The translations under genes and the position numbers were made by a program. 64,000 nucleotides of DNA from Naegleria gruberi. Lineage: Eukaryota. The stretch lies in the NCBI GenBank assembly GCA_000004985.1, contig GG738932.1; one strand, given 5' to 3'. The notes beneath the pieces are model-generated. The model did no database searches and had not been told where the DNA came from. It was given only the letters and a program-made list of their open reading frames with translations. Below are positions 46,085 through 57,684 of this stretch, one piece after another (within the stretch, counting starts at the first letter, position 1; each line of letters begins with the position of its first letter).

Positions 46085-46527
46085 TTTTTTCTTGTTGAAT
46101 AAAGATTGAGATAATGTTTCGAATATTTATGTGAAATGCAAAGACTACATTTAAAGGAAAATTGAAATTTATGGTAAATGAAAGAACTCGAGAAATTGTA
46201 TAAATAGGGAGGATTGCTTTGGTGTGATTCCATTTCAATATATTTCTTGAAATATTGATTTTCTAAATTTAGTTAGATTGGTGATCAAAGTTTGAGCTTT
46301 GGATTTCTTGCTCTTTATCTAGAAATTGATCATCATTGATTATTTACTGTACTTTATCCAATTCTTGATTGGATTATTAAGAAACTTGAGTATTTTTGTC
46401 AATTTATCCCATAAGAATCTATGTTGTCCATTCTATTCAACATTCGAATCAATTTAGAACAGAATGGATTCAACTTGTCTTTTCTTCAATAAACTCAAAC
46501 AATGTGAAGAAACTAAAATTTATTCAA

Positions 46528-48120
46528 TTATCGAGATAGACCTCTCTTTCTAGTCGTTTGGCTGATATTTACAGAATTTCCACAATTACTGGAAGAACCT
46601 CCCGACTTGGCAGAGAAGATATTCGAATTCTCAAAAAACTTGGTTCCATTTAACAGATCCAAAACTGTTCTCTTTTTAGAATTCTCAATGTCTAAACTCA
46701 CAATTGGAAATAAAATTTCAATACATTTCACATAGGTATCTGTACAAATCGTTTGATTTCTACTCGAATGTTGAACTCGACTTGGAAGAATCGTTGGTTC
46801 AGAATTTGCCTTATTTACAATAAAAAGTGTAGAATTGTTAAATCCCTGATCATCTATCAAGCTGCTATTCGAATCTGATGAATGGAATGATGTTACAGCT
46901 GCTCTATCATTGGAAGGATCCAAAATTGCCAACTTGATTGTTGCGCAATGGAGAGGAGTATTTCCCTCCTTATCTTGGTATTCCAAAACCTTGAGACACT
47001 TGTTAGTATTCTCTTCATTGAGCATTAAGAGGAAGGTTTTCAACACTTCATCGGCTCCATATCTACAGGCTGTGTGAATGGGTGTTTGACCGCTCTTGTC
47101 TGATTGACAAAGCATTTTCAAGTAAATTTCTCTGTTAAGGAATAGAGCAAGGATTCGAACAACATCCGCTGAATTATTGATACACGAAAGATGGAATAAA
47201 TTTCTCGATTCATGGTCCATGTGCTTATTTACATTACTCAATTCGCTGAAATCATACAGGGAAATGAACATGGAGAGGAATCTCATCTTGACATTCTTAT
47301 TTACATTTGAATAATCATTCGTCCTAGCAAAATCCTTAATTAATTGCATTAACGGTGTGAGACCGTTTTCATCCTTTGCACACAGCTGTAGCTTATCAGA
47401 AGCGCCGAAATGATTCTTTGTAATCAAAATTAAACCTTCCAAATCGTATTGCTCAACCACGAGATGCAAACAAGTTTTTGAATTACTTCTTCTACAATTG
47501 ACTAAATTTGGGTTAAAATCTAAAATAGCAGTAACTACTCTGTGGTGTCGATTCTTAATTGCTAAATGAATTGGCGTGTTTCCAAACGCATCTTTTGAAT
47601 CAATGCCAATGTCTTCTTCAGATTTTCTATTGAACACCTTTCTTCCAGCTAAAAGTAATAAAACACATTCTAAGGAGCCATTCGAAGCTGCGTAATGAAG
47701 TGGTGTTGCTTGACCTCTGTCTTTAACATTCAAAATGACGTCCTTTCTCTTCAGAAGCAGCGAGACAATGTCAGAGTGATTGAGTGAGCATGCCTTGTGG
47801 AGGATTGTTGATCCGTGTGAAGTTTCGTCTGGAATCATTGGATTGAATAAATTGTTACTAGAATATTGTTGAACAGCCAAATGGTTTAAATTCTCACCAT
47901 CTGCCCATTCTAACAAAGAACTGACAGCTTGGAAATCATTTTGTGTGACTGCTTGGAATAAAAGAGTTGACCATTCACGTGGACTAAAGTGAATGAAATG
48001 ATTAGAAAGTAGTATGTGTGAAAATATTGACGAAAAGTCGTCTATGGGCTGTGATGAGTCGGAAGTGGTGTGAGAAGATGTTTCGAATTTGGGAAGACTA
48101 GAAGGAGGAAGAGTCATCAT
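46528..48120 (-). CDS. Ankyrin-repeat protein (530 aa)
   Basis: Several ANK units (GSTILHKACSLNHSDIVSLLL, ATPLHYAASNGSLECVLLLL, GNTPIHLAIKNRHHRVVTAIL, GQTPIHTACRYGADEVLKTFL, GNTPLHCATIK). Confidence 0.8.
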   Translation of the reverse strand: MMTLPPSSLPKFETSSHTTSDSSQPIDDFSSIFSHILLSNHFIHFSPREWSTLLFQAVTQNDFQAVSSLLEWADGENLNHLAVQQYSSNNLFNPMIPDETSHGSTILHKACSLNHSDIVSLLLKRKDVILNVKDRGQATPLHYAASNGSLECVLLLLAGRKVFNRKSEEDIGIDSKDAFGNTPIHLAIKNRHHRVVTAILDFNPNLVNCRRSNSKTCLHLVVEQYDLEGLILITKNHFGASDKLQLCAKDENGLTPLMQLIKDFARTNDYSNVNKNVKMRFLSMFISLYDFSELSNVNKHMDHESRNLFHLSCINNSADVVRILALFLNREIYLKMLCQSDKSGQTPIHTACRYGADEVLKTFLLMLNEENTNKCLKVLEYQDKEGNTPLHCATIKLAILDPSNDRAAVTSFHSSDSNSSLIDDQGFNNSTLFIVNKANSEPTILPSRVQHSSRNQTICTDTYVKCIEILFPIVSLDIENSKKRTVLDLLNGTKFFENSNIFSAKSGGSSSNCGNSVNISQTTRKRGLSR

Positions 48121-49783
48121 TGTGTGTTGAGTTTCCTTTCGAATATGTCTTTGTGAGAATAGCCTTGTCGTGTGAAAAGCTTTTGGGACAACAGTGTGTT
48201 TCGGTGTTTTTCTTTTAAAATTTCTGCCAATTAATAAATAGCAGGGAAATGTTGGTGGCCGAAACTAAAAGAATCAAGGTTCAAATTAGGCAATTTAAAA
48301 AGCAAATTTTTCAATAACGGCAGTTTTTATGAATCTGTGCCGAGGTTTTAATCACCACAACCAAATCAAATTATCAATCTATTTGCTTAACTGCCAAGTG
48401 CCAGCTGTCTTGTTTTTTTGTATGATTATTAATACTTGTCATCGCTAGAGAGAGGAAATGAGGAAATTAAATAGCAGCAACAACATACCCTAACACCTTT
48501 TCTATCCATCGGTACATAATATCGGATTTAAAAAGGTTATTTTTCATTTGACATTCTCCTGGTTGAGCGCCAGGCATCCAAAATATTCACATTATTGGCG
48601 ACTTGCCGCTTTTTTCCTTGCTTTTTATGGACCACATAAGTTTCGATAGACCAAAAATTGGTGTCTTATGTCTTGTTTGTTCTTTGAATGGTTGGCTAGC
48701 TGTCAAATGTAATGACATTAAAAAATCCCAAATACTTGAAAATTTAACCTAGCCAACGAAGACTTGATAAGGTCATCATGCGATGTGGTGATTCTTTGGT
48801 GATTCTTTCACTGGAGTGAAAATGCTTAATAGAGCTGTTTAGGTAGATTTGGTGTTGAGGGTTGACATCTTTAAATCAAAGAATAATTGAGCTCGTTCAC
48901 TAGCAAAAACAATCAATGTTGGGTTACGTTCACAACTCAGTTTGCCAGAAAAGATCAGTGAAAATTCTTTTTAGGAGAAACGGAAATCGTGCTAGGTGCA
49001 CTAATGGATAGCGTCAGAGGATCCTCTTCAGTTTCTTTTATGTTCTGTAGTGAAATAATTCAGGCTAGAAGAAGAGGAATGTAGAGGAACTGTAAATCAC
49101 TGGTATAGACCTATGAATGATGCATCTACAGTTCTATCTTGTAATTGTTGCCTTTAGGGGTGATGTAAACTTAATGTTCTCAATCCCTTAATAGTAGATT
49201 TGTGAAATAAATATTCATTTAATAACATTATAGTTATATTCTGTTCGATTAATGTCATCCATGCATCAATTTCATTATTAATAGTCCAATAACATTCAAA
49301 TTTTTAAACCTTAAATAATTATAATTATAAATCAATATCAATTTAACAATATATCCCGTTCTAATTGGCTTAAATAATAATATTATAATTGAAATGTACA
49401 CTTGATAATTACTATTATTCCTATTACAATGGTCATCCTTTTAGCCTTTCATCCCGATTTTCGCAATATTCTACCAAATTAACTTGATGGCCATTCTTCA
49501 ATTTCCACAACTCTTCATCACTCATCTCTGCTGTGATAACACAATCCAAATATCAAACTCTATTTGTCTGCAAGGATTAACATTAGTAAATATTTTTTCA
49601 TTTTTTAATTTTTAATTTTATTGTTTAAAAAATTTCCTTGTCAGCAAAGCTTTTGAGATGAACCTTGATAAGAGATGAAGTAAGAACTTTTGTTTGCCCC
49701 AACAACAAACGGAACTCTGAAGAGATTTTATGAATAACTGAACATGAAGAAGCGATAAAAAAGTAACAAAAAATTAACAAAGA

Positions 49784-50749
49784 ATGTTTTCCACCACATC
49801 AAACAACAATAACAATTTAAATAGTAATACGTATATTCAAAAGACTAATTTAATTAGTAGAGAAGAATTGGATTATATTCAATCTCATCAAATACACTTT
49901 CCTTCCATTAATAACAACAATTCAACAACTACAACCGATGAACAAGAACAACATGAAGAATGGCTGAATGAAATTGTTCAAACTCTCACTTTCCACTACA
50001 CTGAATTGATCAGCAAACAAATGATGAGCCTCTTCTACCCTAGATATCAACACTTTTTGCAATGTCTCTTCATACCAGGAATTGGCACACGATTTGAGCA
50101 ATTCTACAACTTTTTGGAGTGTTGTTCTTTTGAAGAGAAGGAAGCTTGGACTCATCAAGAAGCCTTTGAGGCCTTTGCTAATCATTTGGGAAGAGTGAGA
50201 ACCTACAGAGCTTTGGCGTTGAAGGAGAGTGAATATCAAAAGATAATCTCTGATGATTCTATTCATCCAACAGGAAGATTGAAGATATCAAAGGAGATTG
50301 TTGAAGGAATGGTTGATTTGCATGGTGTTTGGAAGATTTGTCATGCCAGATTGTATATTGGACAAAGAATGGTCAAGTATGATCCTTCTCTTTCTCTACA
50401 CGATCATCCAGAGACAACTACCTGCATTGCTTCACATTATATGGATTTACCAGAGAGGAAGATTTATTTGATGGAATTGGATTTACCACTCATTGAAGTG
50501 TTGGGTTATAAAGTGAGAGATGTTGCCTATGATAGGAATAGAAGATGGTTTTATTATGGAAAGATTTGGTTTGACAGCTTTGATGAAACTACTGAACGAT
50601 ATACCTTGTTCGAAATTCCACTCCTTTCAAAGAGGATGACTTCATTGAGGATTTTTGATAATCAGCAAGATATTGAAAACTTTTTGCGACCATTCAGAGA
50701 AAGTCAACAACTCTTAAAGAATCAATGTGATGATCAATCGGAAGAATAA
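49784..50749 (+). CDS. Hypothetical protein (321 aa) with an N-rich N-terminus
   Basis: Long ORF with coding-like composition and no recognised domain. It may be one gene with 50880-51875. Confidence 0.5.
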   Translation: MFSTTSNNNNNLNSNTYIQKTNLISREELDYIQSHQIHFPSINNNNSTTTTDEQEQHEEWLNEIVQTLTFHYTELISKQMMSLFYPRYQHFLQCLFIPGIGTRFEQFYNFLECCSFEEKEAWTHQEAFEAFANHLGRVRTYRALALKESEYQKIISDDSIHPTGRLKISKEIVEGMVDLHGVWKICHARLYIGQRMVKYDPSLSLHDHPETTTCIASHYMDLPERKIYLMELDLPLIEVLGYKVRDVAYDRNRRWFYYGKIWFDSFDETTERYTLFEIPLLSKRMTSLRIFDNQQDIENFLRPFRESQQLLKNQCDDQSEE

Positions 50750-50879
50750 TTATTCAACTTTAATCGTAGTAGGGTTTTTAACCTTACACATTTTAAATTA
50801 AATAATTTTGATAATTAATATTTAAAAAAAATTCATCAACATCTAACAATAAGAAACGTTTTCATCTTTCAAAAATTAG

Positions 50880-51875
50880 ATGATCACATTTCAACTTGTT
50901 GATTGGATCGGAAAGGAGGAAGAAAAAACAAACATCTGGTTGCAATATCAGCTAAGAGGAAAACATTCCTTCTCCTATCATCACTTTCATCACTTGGCCA
51001 CAATTGGTCACGAACAAAAATACATTCCAACCAATGAGAATGGTATTAATTTGTATTGGCCAACTTGTGCCATCATTCACAATTCAATGTTAATTATTGC
51101 AGATAATGGATACTCGAGGATTAATATGTTCAATGTAGAAACCAGAGATCATTTGGGATTTTTCAACATTCCAAAACAAGCTCCTGAGCGATTACTCTCA
51201 TGTGGAAATTCTCTGATTATTTCCTCCACCTTTAGAGTCTTTTCTTTAGATTTGACAAAGCTCAGCAATTCCAACACAACAATCAAGCTAAACGATTTGC
51301 AATGGAATGTGTTATTTGAACGTTGTATTATTAGTATTTGTCTGAGGAAGAAATTTACAAATCAAAACAATAACAAACAACATGCCCTAATCTATGTGGT
51401 TTTGGAGTCTGGAAGAGTATTCGAATTGGATAGCAATAATGGACAGATTGTAAGAGATTTTCAAATATTGGATCCATTCTCGAAAAATCCATTAATCCCA
51501 AGTGAACTTATCTATGTTTCCAAACTTAAATCATTCATCATGTTGGATAGCTACAAAAATAGTGTGGTTACTTTTTCAGATTGTACCCTTGAAATAACCC
51601 ATCAATTCAACCTTATTGGAAAACATCTGTTCCGTTCTATTTACTATGACGACTACAAGAACCTTATTTATATTTGTACAAGCAAAAATGTACAAATTTA
51701 CACCAGGGCTGGTATGTTAATCAATGTAATTCTGGATGAAAATGCAAAAGGAAGCAGACTGAGAGAACCTAGTCCATTTCAACTGTGTATGCCTTTTCAA
51801 AGTTTCATTCATGGAAATCGTTTCTATCTGGTTGACTATGATCACCATAGGATGTTGATATTCCTTTCGAATTAG
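50880..51875 (+). CDS. Hypothetical protein (331 aa), possibly a beta-propeller-like fold
   Basis: Long ORF 130 nt downstream of the previous one. Repeated hydrophobic beta-strand-like segments. No confident domain call. Confidence 0.5.
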   Translation: MITFQLVDWIGKEEEKTNIWLQYQLRGKHSFSYHHFHHLATIGHEQKYIPTNENGINLYWPTCAIIHNSMLIIADNGYSRINMFNVETRDHLGFFNIPKQAPERLLSCGNSLIISSTFRVFSLDLTKLSNSNTTIKLNDLQWNVLFERCIISICLRKKFTNQNNNKQHALIYVVLESGRVFELDSNNGQIVRDFQILDPFSKNPLIPSELIYVSKLKSFIMLDSYKNSVVTFSDCTLEITHQFNLIGKHLFRSIYYDDYKNLIYICTSKNVQIYTRAGMLINVILDENAKGSRLREPSPFQLCMPFQSFIHGNRFYLVDYDHHRMLIFLSN

Positions 51876-52162
51876 TTCATCAACAAATTGGTCACTCAAC
51901 AAATTTTTCCTGAATAAGCTCAAAATGATTTTTGGCTTGTGGCGACCTAAACTTACGTTTACGTTTAAGGACAGAGGAAAGGACTAAAATAGCACACATT
52001 TTGCTATTTGTGTAATCTCCAATTGATTATGGAAATTATAAAGTGTTGCGAGATTTAGCGAGATTAGAGGTTCTCGTTGGACAAGCTTTACGTTTTTAAT
52101 TGTGGCGTTATTAATGACACATAGAAAGACATCAAAATATCAATTACAAGAAAAAAAACAAG

Positions 52163-52699
52163 ATGGTACAAAAGCAAGTGAGAGATTCAAACAAGAAGAA
52201 TTTAATTGGGTCAATTAGTTCACCACAAAAGATTGGCAAACAAAACAATAACATGCTGAAAGCTCCAAGTTTTGATTTTGATGTTGTGAGTTTCACCAAT
52301 AATCACAGCATGTTTGCCACATCAAGACAGAGAAAAGCACCTGTGCAAGCTTATGAACAAGTACTTATTCTGCAACCTCAAACTCTCATTAGTTCTCATG
52401 AGCTTGAAATGCCTAGAAAAAAGCAGAAGAAACATCGAGTGACTGGGTCCAAGATTTTTGAAACTACTCTACCTGAAGATTTACATCCACCTCAAACAAG
52501 AGTCACAACTACATGCATAGCATCTTCATGCAACTGCTCTACATCCTCATCATTGAATGTATCAATGCAAACACCTTCTTCACCTGACCAGTTTATGATC
52601 GGTTACAATAATCAGCAGCTTAATACCAGCACTAAATCTTCATCCAGTTCTTCACGTATTCATCGCTCATCAATTTCAATCAGAGAATTGTTAAATTGA
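52163..52699 (+). CDS. SISIRELLN-family paralog f (178 aa)
   Basis: Motif FDFDVVSFTNNHSMFATSRQRKAPVQAYEQVL. C-terminus RIHRSSISIRELLN-stop. Confidence 0.7.
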   Translation: MVQKQVRDSNKKNLIGSISSPQKIGKQNNNMLKAPSFDFDVVSFTNNHSMFATSRQRKAPVQAYEQVLILQPQTLISSHELEMPRKKQKKHRVTGSKIFETTLPEDLHPPQTRVTTTCIASSCNCSTSSSLNVSMQTPSSPDQFMIGYNNQQLNTSTKSSSSSSRIHRSSISIRELLN

Positions 52700-52893
52700 C
52701 CGTTTCATTAAGCTAGGTCTAAAAATGGTCAACTAACATATTTGTAACGACACGTGTCTAACCACAAAGTAACAGATATTCCAGATCAGTAATTGACCAC
52801 AACAGCGTAAAATTGTCAAACATTATTCTTTTGGGATTGGTTTTTCTAATGTGAAGGTCATGGTTTTATGGTGCTGTTAAAAAGTTAAAAAAT

Positions 52894-53280
52894 ATGCCAC
52901 AACAGCATACCGATAGCAGATCAGCACATAACAGCCAACAACAATGCAACAAGACAAAGAGTTCAGTACCAGTATTTGTTTTGAATGATGTCTTGAACAC
53001 TAGAGTTGAATACACTGTCCACAAGTCCATGTTTGGTGTCATTAAAAAGAGAAAGACGACTGTTCAGAGCTATGAAACTGTTCTTTATTTTAATCGTAAG
53101 GAAGAAACCAAAGCTTCTGGAATTCAAAAACAGCAGAAGAAACCAATTCAATTAAATATCCAACAAGCACAACACAAATCATCTTATTTACCTGTACAAT
53201 CTAGGCCAATAAGAACAAAAATATCCATTAAAGAGTTGCTCAATCCACAACCTGAGATTTTCATTACCCCCAATCAATAA
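52894..53280 (+). CDS. SISIRELLN-family paralog g (128 aa), in tandem with f
   Basis: Motif VHKSMFGVIKKRKTTVQSYETVLYF. C-terminus RPIRTKISIKELLN followed by a 10-aa extension. Confidence 0.6.
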   Translation: MPQQHTDSRSAHNSQQQCNKTKSSVPVFVLNDVLNTRVEYTVHKSMFGVIKKRKTTVQSYETVLYFNRKEETKASGIQKQQKKPIQLNIQQAQHKSSYLPVQSRPIRTKISIKELLNPQPEIFITPNQ

Positions 53281-53324
53281 ATGTTTCCAAATGTTTAAAT
53301 ATATTTGCTTGTGATGATTGAAAA

Positions 53325-55366
53325 TTACTTTTTGTTTGCTTCCTCATCTGCCTTTGCTTCTTCCTTTGGTTTGTTGATTGCCTTGTTCAAAATCAATGAG
53401 AGGAAAAACATGACTGCACTAATTACAGTAATAACATAAAATACCATACGATGGTCGATTGGAAATTTGGACACTGCAACAGAGCCAGCGAATATGGATC
53501 CCCCAATTATTGGACTCACCATTCTCGAAAGTGCAACAAATGATTGAGCAGTACCATTCAATTTACCATAATTCTTCCTTGAAACACTGTTATTTGTAAT
53601 GAGGAAAGTACCCAAGAAGCTATAACCATTAGAAACTTGTCTTACTAGGAGAATAAGACCAAGAACACTCCAAAACAACACATGTTTCCACATTGGATCA
53701 TCTTCAGTAGCCACTAACCAAATAATTTCTGGGAAGATGACATTGAAAATAGTATCTACCAAAATACTCCAACGATAACAGGTTAATGGACTGAATTTGG
53801 CAATAACAACAGGTGTAATGAATAATTGATTCACAAAAATGATAAATCCTAAAAATCCTCCCATTACTTTGTGTTTCAAATTCCAAATTTACAAATATTT
53901 GTAGAGAATAACAAGTGAATATTTAACAATATTATAAAAAGAAAACTTACAACCAAGATGATAAGAGGACATTCCCAATCCTCCCTTATCTTTAGGAAGG
54001 ACAGCAAAGAGAGGTAAACATTCATCAAACATGATTTGTTTCGATCCCAATAATAAATAGAGTAAGCATGTTGTTAATGGAACAGGAGAGGCCACCATTT
54101 CATGCTTTCTAAAACTATCGAACTTATTCTTGAGTTTTTGCAATAGGGTTTCCTTAATAACAATTGGTTCTTGATCCTGTTCTTCGAGGTCGTCGGTTGG
54201 AGTTGACAATAAATTTGTTTTGGAAATGGTACTTCCCTTACTCTTGTGTTTATCAGCAATCTCTTCTGATTCCTTGGCAATAAATTTTCTATAATACCAA
54301 CTGTTCTTATTGGCCTCTTCCAGTTTCAAATAGCCCAATACGAAACCAACTAAGGAAAAGCTAGAAATGAAAAAACTTGGTAAAATGTAAGGGAATTGAA
54401 TAACAAAGTTTTGTATCCACTCTGGGAAGAGCATGACAAAACTTGGATATTGTTGATAAGGTCTCGAAAATACACCACCAAGCAATGGTCCTAACACAGA
54501 TGATAGACCAAATGTAATACTAGTCAATGAGAATGCTCTTGCCTGATTGGTACTATCAGTAATTTCTCCTAAATAACTTTTAACAACTCCCAAATTACTG
54601 TATTGTTTCCAATAAATTCCATTGTTTCCATTAAAGATTGTTCATTCAATGTTGTTCAATGTTTCCATTGGTTTTAAAGAAGTTCATTCAATATTAGAAT
54701 GTAAATAACTCAAACATACCCATTCAATAAACCAAACATGAATCTACAAATACATGCCCACCATAACCATCTCGAAAATCCAAACATTAATCCACAAAGG
54801 CCACCAAAAAACGTTCCAAACAGTAAAACAGGCCTTCTTCCAATACTATCCGAAATAGTTCCCCAAAAGAAGGAACTAATAAATTGAGAAAGAAAGTATG
54901 CAGCAGCAACCAATCCAACATAATAACCATACTCTGTTGGATTATCAGTCAAGTTAAAATCAGCAATCATGAATGTAATATAGGGCATTAGGGATGTGAA
55001 AGTCAAACTATCACACAAATACAGGAAAAAGACGACAAATAATTTACCCCAGGGCAATGGAGTAACTTTTTGTGGTTGTTGTTTTTTCTTTTCTGTTTCT
55101 TCTTCTTTTTCTTCTTCTTCTTCGGAAGCTTTTTGTTTTACTTCATCTTCATCCAATTCTTCCAAGGCTCTACTGCTCATCAGATGATGACTAATTGCTA
55201 TAGAATTTTCCTCTCCATCTGATCCTTCATCTTGTACAAGCCTTTTTAAATTCTTTTTCAATTCATATGTTTTTGTTTCCTCTGCTTCTTCTTCTCGCTC
55301 ATCATCACGATCAGAATTAATTGATGAATTAATTGATACCGATTCACTATTCTTCCTCTTTACCAT
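53325..55366 (-). CDS. Major facilitator superfamily transporter of about 611 aa. Exons 55366..54720, 54597..53951 and 53866..53325.
   Basis: Exon 1 has the MFS signature GTISDSIGRRPVLLFG. Intron 1 is 54598-54719 (122 nt, GTATGT...ACAG) and intron 2 is 53867-53950 (84 nt, GTAAGT...ACAAAG). An acidic N-terminal tail, about 12 TM helices in total and a long central loop. Confidence 0.75.
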
Positions 55367-56716
55367 CTTCTTCTATGCAATTATAATTTTCTTTTTTTGT
55401 TGTTGAAACTCTTTCATTCTTGTTGTGTTTGTTGTTCAACAAAAGTTGGTGATGCTTCGGATTCTCCAATCAAGTTTAACCTCCTGACTTGGTACTGATT
55501 CAATTTATATAAATTGTCTTCAAAATTGAAGAAGCCGTATTTCGCTGTAGATATTCTTTTAAAACTCCAAAACTACCTCCTCGTGAGCACTAACTCTTTC
55601 AAAGTCAAGATGAACAATCATAAATGATGAATTGTTGTTATCAAGAATTAAGATTGGAATTCATTCTTCTTGTTTTTATTAAGCATACATCTCCCTCTTA
55701 ACATTAATTCCCTCTCATTTGTTTTTTTATTGTGTGTGAAAAGATTGAAGAGTTCACTACTGAGAAAATCATTGCAAATGTGTTGAATTCATGCTCGTGT
55801 TAAATAAACATGTGAGTGTGGATTGATGAAGAATGGACTGGGAGCCATACACGTTGACTCATTTATCACCTCCTCCAGCTCTTTCCATTTCAGTTAGCTG
55901 TATTGTGAAATGTGGTAATAATTTTCATTGTAATCGTTGTTTCTGCTTGGAAAGGTATCTACCTGGGAGAGAGTTTGAGAACAAAGAATAAACAACTCTC
56001 TTGGTCCCTAAGGCATGCCAATTAAGCAATATTTAAATATTACCTGATATTGGAATTATTTCAAAAAGGATGGTATTCTCCAATTATGACCATCGAGACC
56101 ATGGTTCATTGGTTCATTGTTTTATACACTCATCCAAATTTGAATATGATGATTAGCAGCATCTTAACGTTGTTAAGGTCTATACTTCACATGTGAAATA
56201 GGCAATCCTACTCATGAAATGAACTTACAGAGACGGAGAATAAAAATGCCACAAAGATTGTTTCACAACAAGTGGTCGTGTGTGGCATTGTCCCCAGTTC
56301 ATTTGAGATGGTTGACTTTGAATGGAGAGGTTAAAATTCCTTAATCGAATCTTCCTTATTTCCATTGATTGCCTTAATATAATTCCTCTTCACCATATTC
56401 ACTAATCACATCCGGTATACTGAAGTCAAATGGTCCTTTACCTGTGGTAGTCAGCTGTATATTAGATAACCAATAAAGTTTTGTCGTTTTGTAAATAATC
56501 ATCGTCACCCTTGGACGCATTATTCTCCATTGAGGATTGTGGGATTGTGTGGTATTGGGAAGGTCATCATACTCTTAGAAGAATCAATTAAGTGTAAATT
56601 GAGAAAAAAAACCACCCGACTGGCTTAGACTAATATTTTTCACACAAACTACCAGCAATTATCCCTAATACCACCAAAGAACTTAGACATTTTATTAATC
56701 CGCCTCTGTTTTTAAC

Positions 56717-57394
56717 ATGAACACCACTATCACTTCTTCCACTGGTTCTTCCTCCAAATCCAAAACCAGAGGACGCATTCAAAAGAAGGCACCAAGAAGA
56801 CAGAAAACCTTCTCTCTCTTCTCCAATCACAATATCCAATCCACAAGTTTCAAAGTACTGCAGAGCACAGAGAATTCCATGATGGGAGTATTCAAAAAGA
56901 CGAGAAGTATGTGCAGTTTGGCTTCATACGAATCTGTTTGGAATATGAACAATACCATGATACAGAACTCTATGCCACAACAGCCATGTGTACATTCAAA
57001 TTGTCCTCCAATAATAGTCACTCTTACTTCCTCTCCATCCAATAATCATACGCAACAACAATCACCTACTAATACCACTCCTTGTACTGCCAGTAGAAAG
57101 AAGAGAGTCATGTCTTCATCTTCCTTGTCGAGTATGTGTGATTCCTCATCTTCAGAAAACACAATAATTGCAGCTCCAATTAATATCATACCCTCAATGC
57201 AAGGATGCCATCCAATATTGCCTCATTCACAATCCTCTCCACAACAAGTCAACATTAGCTCCTTGAATATAACTCCAATCATGCAACCATCCATTGTTGA
57301 AATGACAACAGAATCTCTCTCGCCTTCATCACCAGGGCAATATTTCAAAAAAGGAAGAATCCAAATGCCAACATTAAGGGAGCTCTTGAATTGA
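56717..57394 (+). CDS. SISIRELLN-family paralog h (225 aa), diverged
   Basis: Motif FKVLQSTENSMMGVFKKTRSMCSLASYESVWNM. C-terminus KKGRIQMPTLRELLN-stop. Confidence 0.6.
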   Translation: MNTTITSSTGSSSKSKTRGRIQKKAPRRQKTFSLFSNHNIQSTSFKVLQSTENSMMGVFKKTRSMCSLASYESVWNMNNTMIQNSMPQQPCVHSNCPPIIVTLTSSPSNNHTQQQSPTNTTPCTASRKKRVMSSSSLSSMCDSSSSENTIIAAPINIIPSMQGCHPILPHSQSSPQQVNISSLNITPIMQPSIVEMTTESLSPSSPGQYFKKGRIQMPTLRELLN

Positions 57395-57684
57395 ACAAAT
57401 TCACTAAACTTGAATAATTATGCGAGATGTAATGTTGCGAAATTGGACTGCCAGATTAAAACCTTAGATTCGAAAATCGACGACGATTCTATTTAAATAA
57501 ATAATTTGGTATTGTATTTCTATAATTTGTATAATTTGAAGCACGTGGAATTTTGTACAGTTTTTTTAGCGTGGACTAATTGAAGTTAAGAGCATTGAAT
57601 CAAAAAGCAACTGACTCTTTTGATCAAAAATTAGAATCCCATTGAATCAATAAATCCTGATCAGCATGCAATCTTGATGCGTAA

